DNA of 46,246 nucleotides from Catajapyx aquilonaris (lineage: Eukaryota). Of this stretch, positions 1-11,542 are shown in pieces (the stretch's first letter is position 1; every line of letters begins with the position of its first letter). The DNA lies in NCBI GenBank assembly GCA_000934665.2, contig JYFJ02000807.1, forward strand, positions 62,001 through 108,246, read 5' to 3'. The translations under genes and the position numbers were made by a program. The notes below the pieces were generated by a model. The model saw nothing but the letters and a program-made list of their open reading frames with translations, ran no database searches and was not told where the DNA came from.

Positions 1-713
1 GGCTTTTCTGCCAGCCTGCCTCTCTTTCTGCAATGGCATGGAAAAATTAGTGTCTCATTGGGATAAGTGAATGTCTGAAAAAGAAAGACTTGCCCTTTCG
101 TATGTCTAACAGTCAGGATCAGTTTCTGTTGTGAAGCATCGGAAATAAAATAATTCTGAATTGGTTTTTTTATTCGCCCTCATAGTTTCAAGCTACACTG
201 TGTCATGTACAGAGAGGATTGGGTTTAGACCTAACCTGTCTGTATGTATGTAGAATGGACATGCTTGCGTTTTCAGTGTTGTGAGACACTCAGATTATTT
301 TCTCTACTGGTTTATAGAAGCTAAAGCCTCATCCAACATGTGTGTCAATTGAGCATGTTGGCTCCTTTCATTAAATAATACCGAAGCCATTCATTAACAG
401 GGGCAATTTCTTTTCTTCCACATTACTCACCGGTTTCCCTTCACTATTGGTACATTATAGCATGACCCATTATGTAATTTTGCTTCAATATAGTAAAAAC
501 ACATAGGTTTACCGACCTCATCTTCTTAGCCCCATGGTGTCATGATGCACATTGGCCGAAGTCATGTCTTGTGACAATTTTATTTCATGTTATGTGCATA
601 ATTTAAGACACAAGTAAAACATATTGTGAGATTTGGAATAATTAATCATTGCCATGTTTGAGTTTGAATTCTATTTGTTGCAATGTGTCTTATGCCTTCT
701 CTTGATGTTCCAG

Positions 714-3700
714 GAGGTGCAATAGATAAGGTGCGAGCTAATCATCTGAAGATAGATGACATATGCATTGCATGCAGGTTACTCCCAGCAAAACCAGTGG
801 AATGCCATCCTTTCTTTTCCGGAGGAATCTGTGAAAAGTGCAAGAAGAAATTAATGAAGACTCTCTACGTATGCGGAGAAGATGGAACCAGTGTAAGTGA
901 ATTGCTGTTAATCTTTCAGTTAATTATTTAGCTTGTATTATGAGTTGAATTGTTCAATGTAATAGATGATTACTGTGCATAGCTGGGCATAAGAGCAGTC
1001 CCTTGGAAAATTTTCCGGTGGGAGGGGCACAAGTGGTGATATCCACTCGCTCTGCTCACGCTGGAAAATGTCCCAGGGACTGCTGTTATGTCCAGCTGTG
1101 TACTAACCCATATATTGCAGCATACTGATAAAAACGGGAATTCCAGTAGGTACTGCAGTATGTAAAATAATTAAGGTCCCTGCAACATATCCTGCAAAGT
1201 GGCCAAAGCACTACCCAGATTACATGTCGTTCTCATTATTACTATTGACAATATTAGTTTGAATGCCATTTTGTCACTTACCCATGAATAAAGGCATGTT
1301 AGCACACCTTTTTTGTTCCTTCTTCCTCAAGTAAATTAAATGATCAAGAGTGAGCTCCCTCCAAAAGGAATTATAGGCAGTACCTGAAATTAGGGTGATA
1401 GTTTAAAGTGTCTGAACTTGAACTGGGCATGTGAAATGGAACCTGTAATGTAGTAAGATGTGCATTTATGGTTTTTCTTCTCTACAGGTTCATTGCACCA
1501 TTTGCAGTGAAGCCAAGCAAGTGATTACTTGCTCCAAACGTACTTGCAACAGGTAGTGTCTTTCATGGTATTCCTCACAGTACACATAGGGAATTATAGA
1601 GCAGCATTTCAATCATGCTTTCTTTACATTTTTAGTACGTTTTGCAAGAAATGTTTGAAGGCCTTGGCAGGCTCAGAAGAAGTGGAAACTATTTTAGGAG
1701 CTGACATCTTGACATGGCACTGTTACTTGTGCAGGGATGACTACGAAGACGTGGATTTGCTTGCCAAGCGGGATGGGTGGCAGCGCTATGTAAGTATATT
1801 ACCAGGCAGAAACAGACTCCAGAGTGTATTATTAAATATTTTTGCATTTCAGGTAATCAAATTATACTCACCTTTTTACTACATTAGTCATAAAAATGTG
1901 AGTTATAAGATTCGGCAAATGCGAGTTCTGTCCATATTTGATGGAATTGGAACAGGTATGTGAAATATTATATTTCTGCGGGAAATGTCAGTGTCCAGGA
2001 GATTTTGAAGTGACCAGTAACTCGAACGGGTTTGTTGACTTGGAGGCAATAATGTGTGTGACCTGTTTGTGGTGATCTTTCCCACAGGGGGTAAAGGCAC
2101 GATCATGATTTTTAAAACCTAATTCCTCAGCTGGGGTTCTAATTAAGCTCAGATGGAGTTTCATTTTTCGTCAAGTATTATTAGGGACACTATTAAAAAT
2201 TATTGTGGATCACTGCAAAATCAATCCTGGGAGATCTCCTTTTATTGCAAAAAAAATGGCTGCTGTTTATTGTGTAAATGATGTTAAGGTCATTAATTTT
2301 CACCCAGGACTCTATGTGTTGGATAAGTTGGGACTGAAAATTGAAAGGTACCTGGCTGCTGAGAATGACGTAGATGCGAAGAACGTGGCCACCATGAAGT
2401 TTGGAGATAAAATTAAGCATCTCAGCTCAGTGGAAAATGTAATCAGTTCAGAACTGGACAGACTGGGACAGATTGACCTGGTTCTTGCCAACATACCCTA
2501 CACCGCTGCAGAGACACCGGAGGCTACAGCTGGTGAGTGATTAACTAGATTTGCATTAAAGTGTTGTGAAGTGTAAGTAAGTATAACGTACTCTGCCTAA
2601 GACCCATGACAAGAAAAAACTGGTGAAATTGTGAGAGTGAGTAACCCTGGGTCAAGTGCATAAGCATTTCTGGTTTTCTAAACTGGTTATGGGGGCAGGC
2701 CCACAAACCAGGTTTTAATAATTAGGTTAACACTCCCTTAGGATTTATTGAAATTTCACTCTCTTGGTATCTATCTCAGAACAACTCTTAGTACTGTATA
2801 TTTGAATAGGTATTGCATAATTTCCTTGTTTACTTTGCAGAGATCATGAAAATGTTCCATGAATTTCATCGCATACTGCGAAATGTTCAGATCCATAACA
2901 ATGGGCATCAAGTTTTCTGGCTATTTGAGTGCATGACTATGGAAAAAAAGGAACAGGACATCATGACAAGGTGAGTTAATGATGCAAAGGTACGTGACTA
3001 AATATTTTCTGGAAAACTGTGAAGTTTTGTTGCCGAAATGAGGAACAGTCCCATGAGTGGACTTACTCTTGTGTGTGTAAGTTCAATTCATACGTTTTTC
3101 TTTCCTGCCTTCCAATTTTCAATGAGCTGGCACTTTACGAGATGTTTGATAATGCATCCACGTGGCATCATCTTGACTCCACAAGATTCCTAATTTAACC
3201 ATTGTTTACTCTTTGCCCCTATTACCCAAAACAGCTTCTAGCATTATCTTTTTAAGTTGAACTAGAAACTCTTAAGATGCTGTAGTTACTTCAGGGAAGT
3301 TGGTGGAAGCATGTATCATCACATGGTTGCATGATAACACAATCTCCTTTAGACTGTGTATATACAGTAATGACCTTTTCATAAGAGAAGAAGAGAACTG
3401 GAAGCAACCTTTCACACAAAGATATCTCTGAGATTAAATGGTGCAGTAAAATGATTATGCAAGGATGTGGCAAGGGTATCAAGCAAGCGCTCTTGTAGCT
3501 TAGTGGCAGAGCAAACACTTGATTCAAGTGTTGACCTGGGTTCGATTCCTGGCGGGGGCAGTGCGATACATTTACTCAGTCACATCTTGCTACCTTACTA
3601 GTCTTGTCGATAACCTTGAACACTTCCATGAAAGAAGTGTGTAAACCAAAACTTTTTGTGAAGAGTTGCTGTATCCATGCAGTGAAAAATTGTAATCTGC

Positions 3701-6700
3701 ATTTTTGGATAAAAATTTTAATGCGGTTGGGTTTGTTTGCTTTTGGAATACTCTTTATGACTATTTCAGTCAGAACTATTTGAATCAATACGTTTGACCA
3801 CGTTTATGAAATCAGATTCTGGCATGACAGGTCATGTACTGAGCAATGACCAGATACGCTACCTAGTGTAAAAAAAAGCCTTCCTGTAAATAACTAGTAC
3901 TTATTTCCCACTGAGTCGAGAGAAGTTGCCATGAAATTATTCCATGCATCTTACACATGTATAGAATACTAACATATTTAGTGTATTAGATATTAGAGTA
4001 TGTGTATAATAGTGTATATGCCATTTTATGCAGGATGTTTGGAAAATACGAAACGTATGATACCACCGGTCCAGAACACTATTCTGATTTAATAAGAACT
4101 CTGGAATTTTCTCTTAAAACTTGCAGCGGAGTTACTAGGGTCCTCCAAAGTATGGGTGGAAAAGGTCTAAGTGATTTTGGTAAACAGGGATTTGTCCAAA
4201 TTTGATGTCTAGTTAGGGCTAATAAAAGCCTCCCTGGGCCAGTTTGATATAGTTATGTATCAATGTGCCCCATTCATGATAGTGCAGTACAAAAAATTTA
4301 GTACATCCCCGAATGCCCCCATAATTATGGAATTGCTATGAAAAGTAACAGGATTGGAAAATGCTGTGTGTCTGGTTGAGGGGGCATTACTTCAATTTTT
4401 GAAAGCCTCCCATTAACAACAATAAATGGCAAAGAAATTTTGATTGACCTATTGATGTGTAATTCTTCGAGGATGTGGAATGAAGTGGTACATCAGTATA
4501 CATTCAACAGCTGAAGATACTGGTTTTGAGGAAACAAAGTACAGTATGATCAATAATTGGGCAACTTCAATAGGTTTGAGATAGTAAGGGATGCAATTGT
4601 AATGTACTATGTGAAAAGAATTGGAAAGCATTTTGTGTCTTTGATCTGTGGTAGACCATGTGCTAGGTGTCACTGACAATTGAAAAGGACATTATGTGGT
4701 AAAGGAGCCTTCCCAGTGGGCTTCATGCATTATGATAGTTTTAATTTGAGTATGTGGGGTTGCGAAACCAGTGGAATTCATAGAGCATCAGATGGACAGT
4801 TCAAAATGTGTTTTCTGTGCCATGAGCCAGGAGGGAATTTACATCTCCTCTTTTTCACAGAGAACACCATCACTGGAAATGTGCCTCTTGACATGGTGGA
4901 GAGTTGCTGCTGCAGCATCAGGAAAGGGGTGTTGTGAAGGAGAAGGCATATGTCCTCCCTTTCCCACAAACCCTGGTTGAGCTGCAGGAGCATATCCCCC
5001 TTGATGTCGCGAATGTTGAATGGAATGGGCTTGCCTGCATCTGGGAGGAAATTACCCGTTCATGAGGGATTTGTTGCGTAATGGAAGGGTGCATATGTTT
5101 TAAAATTTTGAAATATGTTGAAAACAAGTAGTGCTAAGTGCTTTGTGTACATAGCTCTTTTTATTACCTTTGTAAATTGTTCAAATTGCCCAGCCAATTT
5201 TGAAACATCCCACATATTTGCATTTACCTTGAATATTTTTTATTTCCAGTGCCATTAATACTTTCCCTTCCAATCTGCCGTCCAATGTTTTGCGACTGAT
5301 TCAGAAGGTGGGGGATGAGATGCATTGGGAAGGGTGGTGCAGGTGCAATTCTAATACATCTGGTTTGTTCATCTGGTTGTCAAGTATCATAAATTGACCC
5401 ACTAATGGGCTGGTTAATCTTACCTCTCCCCAAATCATGCTGTTATCCATGGAATTGAATCATTTCATTTTTTGGCACCAATGGTACTGCCTATGAGCCT
5501 TTTGATTTCAATTATGCAACCCAGATATAAGAAGTGATCCTTTCTGCACCATCCCTGTTTTACAGCCTTCCTATCAGTTAACAAAATTCTGACTTCAGTT
5601 TTCGAAATTTTGGATCTGGAGAAATCACAATACTCCAACTTTCATTGCAGCAAAATCATTTACGCAACAAATCCTTGTAGGGCTGGGGTAAAACCAGTGA
5701 CCTGCCCTAAGATGTGGTGTGGACTTGGGGGCCAGACAGACAGGCCATGTTCAGCCGCGGCTCGTCGGGGTCAGGGCTAAACCTGGCCGCGGCTCGGCCA
5801 CTGTGCAGGAGATACCCGTCCAGACTGGACACAGTATTTACTAATGTTACCGGTAGATGGTGCGCGAGAAAACAAGTGACCCCTGATATGTGGCTGCCCC
5901 TCTCATCACCTGTTAGCCAAAGATGGAGGTTGAAGATGTCGTCATTTTGCACCTTTTCTTCAATTCAGTTCCCAGAACATGGGGAGTTGCCCTTGTCTGC
6001 GCCATGATTTTCCCATGTTCTTCCTAGCTCTCCTGCAGTCACACCACACCGTTCAAACCGGTACATGCACACTGTTCCCAGCTGTTCCTACCTGGCCATT
6101 ACTCATCACCTCTCACTCAAAAGCACGCGAGTCTTCTATGTATGCGCTACAGTCATGGCCGGGTTGGCTGGGGTCCCAACCAACTTTGGTCAAGTGGGCT
6201 AAGCTCTACCAACTTTGTTGGGAGTGCCAAGGCCATGGCTCCAATGCTTGGACGGTGGTGGCCTGGACGGGCTGCGAATTTGCCTTGGCCAGCCTAGGCT
6301 CAACATGGCCTGTCTGTCTGGGGCCTTGATTGACATTGCCACTAATGCAAAAGATGGTAATGCCAAGAAGCCACCATCAGTAGCTCCATCTGCTGCCATA
6401 CCTCAGCCACACCAACTTGGCAGAGAGCTGACTTAACTTTATACCAAAATTTTAAAAAGAATGCAGGACATGCCTGGGATTCTCGTGGACCCTACAGGTG
6501 TCCCATAACCATGAGATCTCACAAAAGTAGTTCCGTAACACCAAAACTCAAAAAGTGGTGTTCTGGTGTTCTGAGCTTACAGCAGGGGTGGGCAAACTTT
6601 TTTCTCCATGGGCCTCATCTAACAAGAAATTTCAACTTATAAAAAAAGTTTGCAATTATATATCCATTGATTTAAATGAACTTTCATTAATTGCATAAAT

Positions 6701-9700
6701 TACCATTAAATTCTCTGAAAATCAATAAAATTAGATAACTATATCAATGAAAATGGCCTGTATAAATAAAAAACAATTTTTCAACATTTTGAGGAATTCC
6801 GAAATTTTTGTTTGTCTTTTATCTCGTGGGCCGTAGTTTGCCCATCCCTGGCGTACAGGGTTAAGTTCCAAAGACTTGCAGGTGGGTCTGACCAATATAA
6901 TTTTTTAACTCTGGCCCTCTTTCCCTCCTCACCTTTCTGCACCAAGGCCTGGCCATTTCCCCAGCCCCTCGTTCCCAATCATCCTCTGTAAGTTGCTTCC
7001 CAGAATACCAATTTTTGCCAGATTCATAAATGTAGCCATCTTGGAAATTGTTGCAAGCCCTAGTCTCCTGACTTACGGAGGGACCATGAGAATCCTACTC
7101 CATACTGGCAACAGCTCATTATTTCCATTGAACAACTTCTGAAAATGGGGCCAAGTTTAGATGGCCAGGCAGCTTCACTTCATCTATTGGCATTTCTTTG
7201 TGGGATAATTCCTAAGGAGGTGAAATTAATCCACAATTGGAAGTCATGCTAGTCTTTAGTGGGCCTTTGCAAGATAGTTCAATGCGCAAGTGAGGCAAAA
7301 TGTTATGATTACAGATTTGATAGGGACAGATATGTGATGTCAAAGGTCAGCTACTTGGCTTGATGTACTCTGTGGACAACAACTTTTTAACAGTCTAATT
7401 GTTGCAACAAGCTGTAATGCCACATTCTGTCCAAAATTATGTAATTTTTGTTGCAATGGCAAAAATTGCTATACCTACCTAATTTGAAAGATATGCTACT
7501 GACCCTGCATTAAAATAAAAGTTTGTGTAAACTTTTAGTTACAGTATTAAATTCATATTAACATTGCTAAATTACATTAATATTTGGAACATGAAAAGTA
7601 CTATCGGGTTCAAATACTTTTGGCCACTTTATCCTGGTCTTGAAGCAACCCTTCGCGCAAACCCCATGTTAAGTAGGTATGTGTGTGAAGGGTTGCTTCA
7701 AGACGAGGATAAAGTGGCCAAAAGTATTTGAACCCGATAGTACCCTACACCAATAAGCACATAATGAAGGGATCATTTTCACAGGAATATTTCTTTCAGT
7801 TTGGAAATAATTTCAGTGAGGTCATACATGTGGCAATTACAAGTTGCCTGTACCTTCCATGCAATAGGCTGCTGGTTCTGATAATTGCTGTCATGTCATA
7901 CTCACTGTAAGTGACATGGTTGCATCAGCTGAACCAATTGCTAGCAACATGGTAAGCTTCGAAGGTGACCTCTTCAAGCTGTCCATTTAGGGATTTAATC
8001 AAGCCTGGAGAGGCGTGCTCCTTCCATCAGCATTAACGTAATGGCTTCTGGAAAACTTTGGTGATGGAGTACTTAATAAATAACATTTGTGTATGATGCT
8101 TTGTAAGCTTATTTAAATTAAGATGTATTTTTGCAGTAACTTGGGTGCATGTTTGAAAGTTCACATGCATTTATTTTCATCATTACATCTGCACATTTAC
8201 GCCCTTGCCCCACTGTCAGGTGTTTGGCAATGCCCTTCACATGGACTGGTAACCTAAGTTTGCAGCCATTGGCACTCATGGTTTTTATTATACAGGGTGT
8301 ATCTGAACTCAGTGCCCCGACGTATATGACTGCCTTCCTAGCCACCAGAGGATCGATTTAAGTATAGGAATCATTATGTTTGGCCGCCGCATTACGGAGA
8401 TAATTGGCCGCAAACATGTAGTACAAAATATCCTGTCGGTTAGGCCACCCATCGAACCCTCCCCCAGTCAGAAGGCTGTTAGGTCTGGGGGCGGGACTTT
8501 GTTGGTTTGTTGCCCACAGGTGGTAAGGCCTCTTTGGCTAGTTACACCAGAAAGTTCGATTTAAAAGTCAGAAGGAGCGATCAGGCAAAAATTGCTAAAG
8601 AGTGTATCTCCGTAATGCGGCGGCCAAACATAATGATTCCTATACTTAAATCGATCCTCTGGTGGCTAGGAAGGCAGTCATATACGTCGGGGCACTGAGT
8701 TCAGATACACCCTGTATAAATATTTCAGTTTATTTCTGTCATTCTTCTTTATGGTGAGAACTCATCACACACCTAAACTGATAATTTTTTTCAGATCACC
8801 AAATAGATGGTTCACTCGGTTAAAGGTTGGACTGGAAGGGAGGGTGGTGTGGGGCCATTGAAAAATGGTTGTCTGACCATTTCCTTGCCAAAAGTAAATG
8901 TGCAAGTGAAGTGCTGACTGATTTTGCAGTGAGTTGCCAGGGGTGGTTAAGCTAATGAAAGACCTGCCTTCGACAAAGCTGCAGTTCTTAAACTTCACGT
9001 GAGACAGAGGGCAATCCAAGCATGGAATCAAATCTGGGACCTTTTAATTCATGGACACAAGCATTATTATTGAACTTCTGTTGCAGTGGTTGAGAGGGTT
9101 AATGGTAGTAGCTCTAACTTAATTCGAGATAAACTTAGAATGTACAGTATTTCAAGAAATTCACCTTTTGCTTAGGTGAATACTTGTGTCGTAACATTTA
9201 TGAGGTGTTTGGAAAATAATATAAAAGCATGGTAACACAGGTAGGGGATGCAATTCTCAATCGAAAGTACTGGAGCAATTTGTCATGAAGGTACTCCAAC
9301 CCTGCAAAGTTTGGCAGAGTTATATCTGAAATTTTGGTATCAGTGATGTGCCAAAAAACAAGATCCAATGAGGTCTGCAATTCCTCACTATTATCCAGTT
9401 GGGCACATGGGCTATACAGGGTGTGGAAATTTAAGGTGCTTTCACTTTGGGGATGGTAGATGGAAAAGAGGTTTCTTGGGTCAGCCTAGTTACTGAGATA
9501 ATGGGATATTTGTCATGCAGTGGAACATTTCCTGGAAGGTTTGCACCCCACCACACATGGGGCGGATCTGAAAGGTCCTGCTTGCTTACATCTCGTTAAC
9601 CCCGGAACTGTGACGTGGGTCTTTTTGGACCCCAAAGGAATTAAAATGCATTAAAATTATAATTACAATGAACTTTGGCCATTTAAAAAATGATATAACA

Positions 9701-11199
9701 GGAAGTGAATGCTTATTTTGAATTAGCAATCATTTTAGGCATTATTCAAGAATGATTGCATATAGTCAATACATTGAAAAGTATTATATAAAAATTAATA
9801 ATAATTAAAATATGGATGGGGTCCTAAAAGACCCCATGTCACGGTTCCAGGGTTAAGCGAAAGAACAATCTGATGCCACACCAGCCGTAGTTTGCTGAGC
9901 ATGCTTGCAGACGTATTCAGGGACATGAGAGGAGGAAAGAGCTGGGTGGAGGTGGGGCTGAATGTGATGGTACATCGTTCTTAGGTTTAACAGACTCTTT
10001 GTGAACTTGGTGCAGGTCAACATATACATAGGTGACTGAGAGTGGAGGGATTATTGTAAATTATCCTTTTGGGGCACCCTTGGAGGTCGTTTGTAAACAG
10101 GGGACTTCCTGTACTGAAAATGAAACATTTTCAGTATTGCAAAAATATTTAGGATAAATAGTAGGCCTATAATATGCAAGTAAGGGGAGGTGCGGTGGCC
10201 GAGATGGTAACGCCTCTGCTTGCTGAATGAAAGGTCCCAAGTTCGATCCCTGCCTGGGAGCTCCCTTTCGCCTGCATCAGGATGGTCTCTGGCCCTCGCG
10301 TTGGAGGTGTTTGGCAACCTAACCCCCTGAGGAACAGCACACGATCCTTTTACCGACATTGCACTTGCACCTACATTCCCTCCCCAAAAATCCCTATCCT
10401 TACCCAATGTCCTTGATATCCCTGCACCGGAGTCGGAAGAAAAATGGAAAATAACTAAGAAAATATGGTGGTGTCCTCCCCCCCTAAAAGAGCCACAGGC
10501 TCTCTCACGGGGTAGCAAAATATTTTTTTTTTTAATAAATAAAATAATATGCAAGTAAAACTGGGACCTTTTTGCTCCTGGAACTGCATTAAGAAATTCA
10601 GTTGATGCAAGAAGCTTTATGACGAGACAAGGTGTTGGTTTGAAATATTACTTTTCAGTTACCGGGAAGACACACTGGAAATCACACTGATGGTGAGAGA
10701 ATAATTTGTATTTTCTCCATTTAGGTTCTTGGAATGCGAGCCTGTAACTCTGGATCCAATGCTGATTCCCAATACGTACTTTGGGAGATCATTTTGGGGC
10801 AACATTCCTGGATTGCGGGCAACACTGGCCACAGAGAAGTTGGGAGCACGACTTTCTCTTCAGGAGTTCCTTGTTGGAAATTCCAAGCCCAGACTGAGTG
10901 CAGAAGAGAGCTGCATGCTGCTCTCTCTCCCTAATCCATCCGGAAGTACTTCTGGAGCCGATGGAATGTATTTCACTGCCTCTGCTCCAGAGATGAAGTC
11001 CAATGCCCTGTACCCCATGCAGTGGTTAAGTGAGATAGTGACTGCCTATGGTCTGAACAGCCAGTTGGAAGGCCTGAACAGGCTCTCAGTGGTGGCCTGC
11101 AGGAGACTCCTCCGCAGAGCCTCCAGCGCCTTGGTCACTGCTCAGATCTTGAGAACTCTCACGCACTTCTTTACCTGTGTGAATGATGATGAACACTAG
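714..11199 (+). CDS. Dnmt3: DNMT3-family protein (ADD + C5-methyltransferase fold), predicted catalytically inactive (DNMT3L-like); 5' exons probably lie outside the window
   Basis: Exons 714-892, 1488-1552, 1636-1789, 1853-1955, 2308-2532, 2841-2970, 10725-11199(TAG). All introns are GT-AG and splicing keeps the frame. ADD: CIAC..HPFFSGGICEKC..EDGTSVHCTICS..CSKRTCNSTFCKKC..WHCYLC. Methyltransferase fold: RVLSIFDGIGTG, YLAAE, IDLVLANIPY, FHEFHRIL, FWLFECM, RFLECEPV, FWGNIPG, C-terminal RRLLRRAS..LTHFFTCV. Confidence 0.92.
978..1100. mobile_element. Short MITE / hairpin element in DNMT3-like intron
   Basis: About 40-bp imperfect terminal inverted repeats: catagctgggcataagagcagtcccttggaaaattttcc / ggaaaatgtcccagggactgctgttatgtccagctgtg. 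TA flanks the right side. Confidence 0.7.
3489..3560 (+). pseudogene. tRNA-like sequence (tRNA pseudogene or SINE head)
   Basis: A-box TAGCTTAGTGG and B-box GGTTCGATTCC with cloverleaf-like arms. The acceptor stem has three G-U pairs and the anticodon loop is not 7 nt. Confidence 0.6.
5728..6325. mobile_element. PIF/Harbinger (Tourist)-like non-autonomous DNA transposon
   Basis: TIRs ggggccagacagacaggccatgttcagcc / ggctcaacatggcctgtctgtctggggcc, with a 3-bp direct repeat TTG on both flanks. Confidence 0.7.
6583..6850. mobile_element. hAT-type MITE
   Basis: TIRs CAGGGGTGGGCAAACT / AGTTTGCCCATCCCTG; 8-bp TSD gcttacag / gcgtacag (1 mismatch). Confidence 0.85.
7601..7740. mobile_element. Near-perfect palindromic MITE (CTATCGG termini, TA flanks)
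   Basis: About 55-60-bp arms starting ctatcgggttcaaatacttttggccactttatcct, with the reverse complement ending ccgatag; TA on both sides. Confidence 0.85.
8293..8714. mobile_element. Tc1/mariner-like MITE with 110-bp TIRs
   Basis: 8293-8402 is the reverse complement of 8605-8714 (no mismatch seen); CAGGGTG termini; TA target site on both sides. Confidence 0.92.
9600..9852. mobile_element. piggyBac-like MITE
   Basis: TTAA on both flanks; termini ccccggaactgtgacgtgggtctttt / aaaagaccccatgtcacggttccaggg. Confidence 0.8.
10184..10543 (+). mobile_element. tRNA-derived SINE
   Basis: A-box tggccgagatgg, B-box gttcgatccc, AT-rich tail, 15-bp TSD ataatatgcaagtaa (10169-10183 / 10544-10558). Confidence 0.85.
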
Positions 11200-11289
11200 G
11201 TGAGCCCAGGAATTTGCCAATTTTTGCTTCCTGTCTGCATGCCAATTTGTAATGGATTACTTTCTGCTCTTACCTACATATTCATAATT

Positions 11290-11542
11290 GAAGACCTTGG
11301 GAGAGAGGGAGAGAGAATGGATCAAGGTCCACCTCATGTTGAGATATTGAAATTTCAAATTTCGAATGTCCATTGGGTTCCATTGTAACTCCCACTTTTG
11401 GGACCTTCCATAGGGGACTATGATCATTACTCCACAACCACAACCAAACCATCATATTCTAGGCTAGTGAAACTATCTTCTGAGATATGGAACTCATTTT
11501 TGATGAAAGGAGAACCTTGATCGTTCTTCCCCCGAGGTCTTC
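11290..11542. mobile_element. MITE with GAAGACCT termini (Sola-like), copy 1
   Basis: TIRs gaagacct..gatcaaggt / accttgatc..aggtcttc; AATT on both flanks; homologous, in inverted orientation, to 13786-14036. Confidence 0.75.

Noticed and set aside
3489..3560. Possible functional tRNA gene
   Set aside because: Weak acceptor stem and non-canonical anticodon loop; treated as a pseudogene or SINE head.
4400..5300. Cluster of short ORFs in the large DNMT3-like intron as a hidden catalytic exon or transposase
   Set aside because: No PC/ENV-type motif or recognisable domain was seen, and exons 2841-2970 and 10725-11199 already join in frame as IMTR|FLE.
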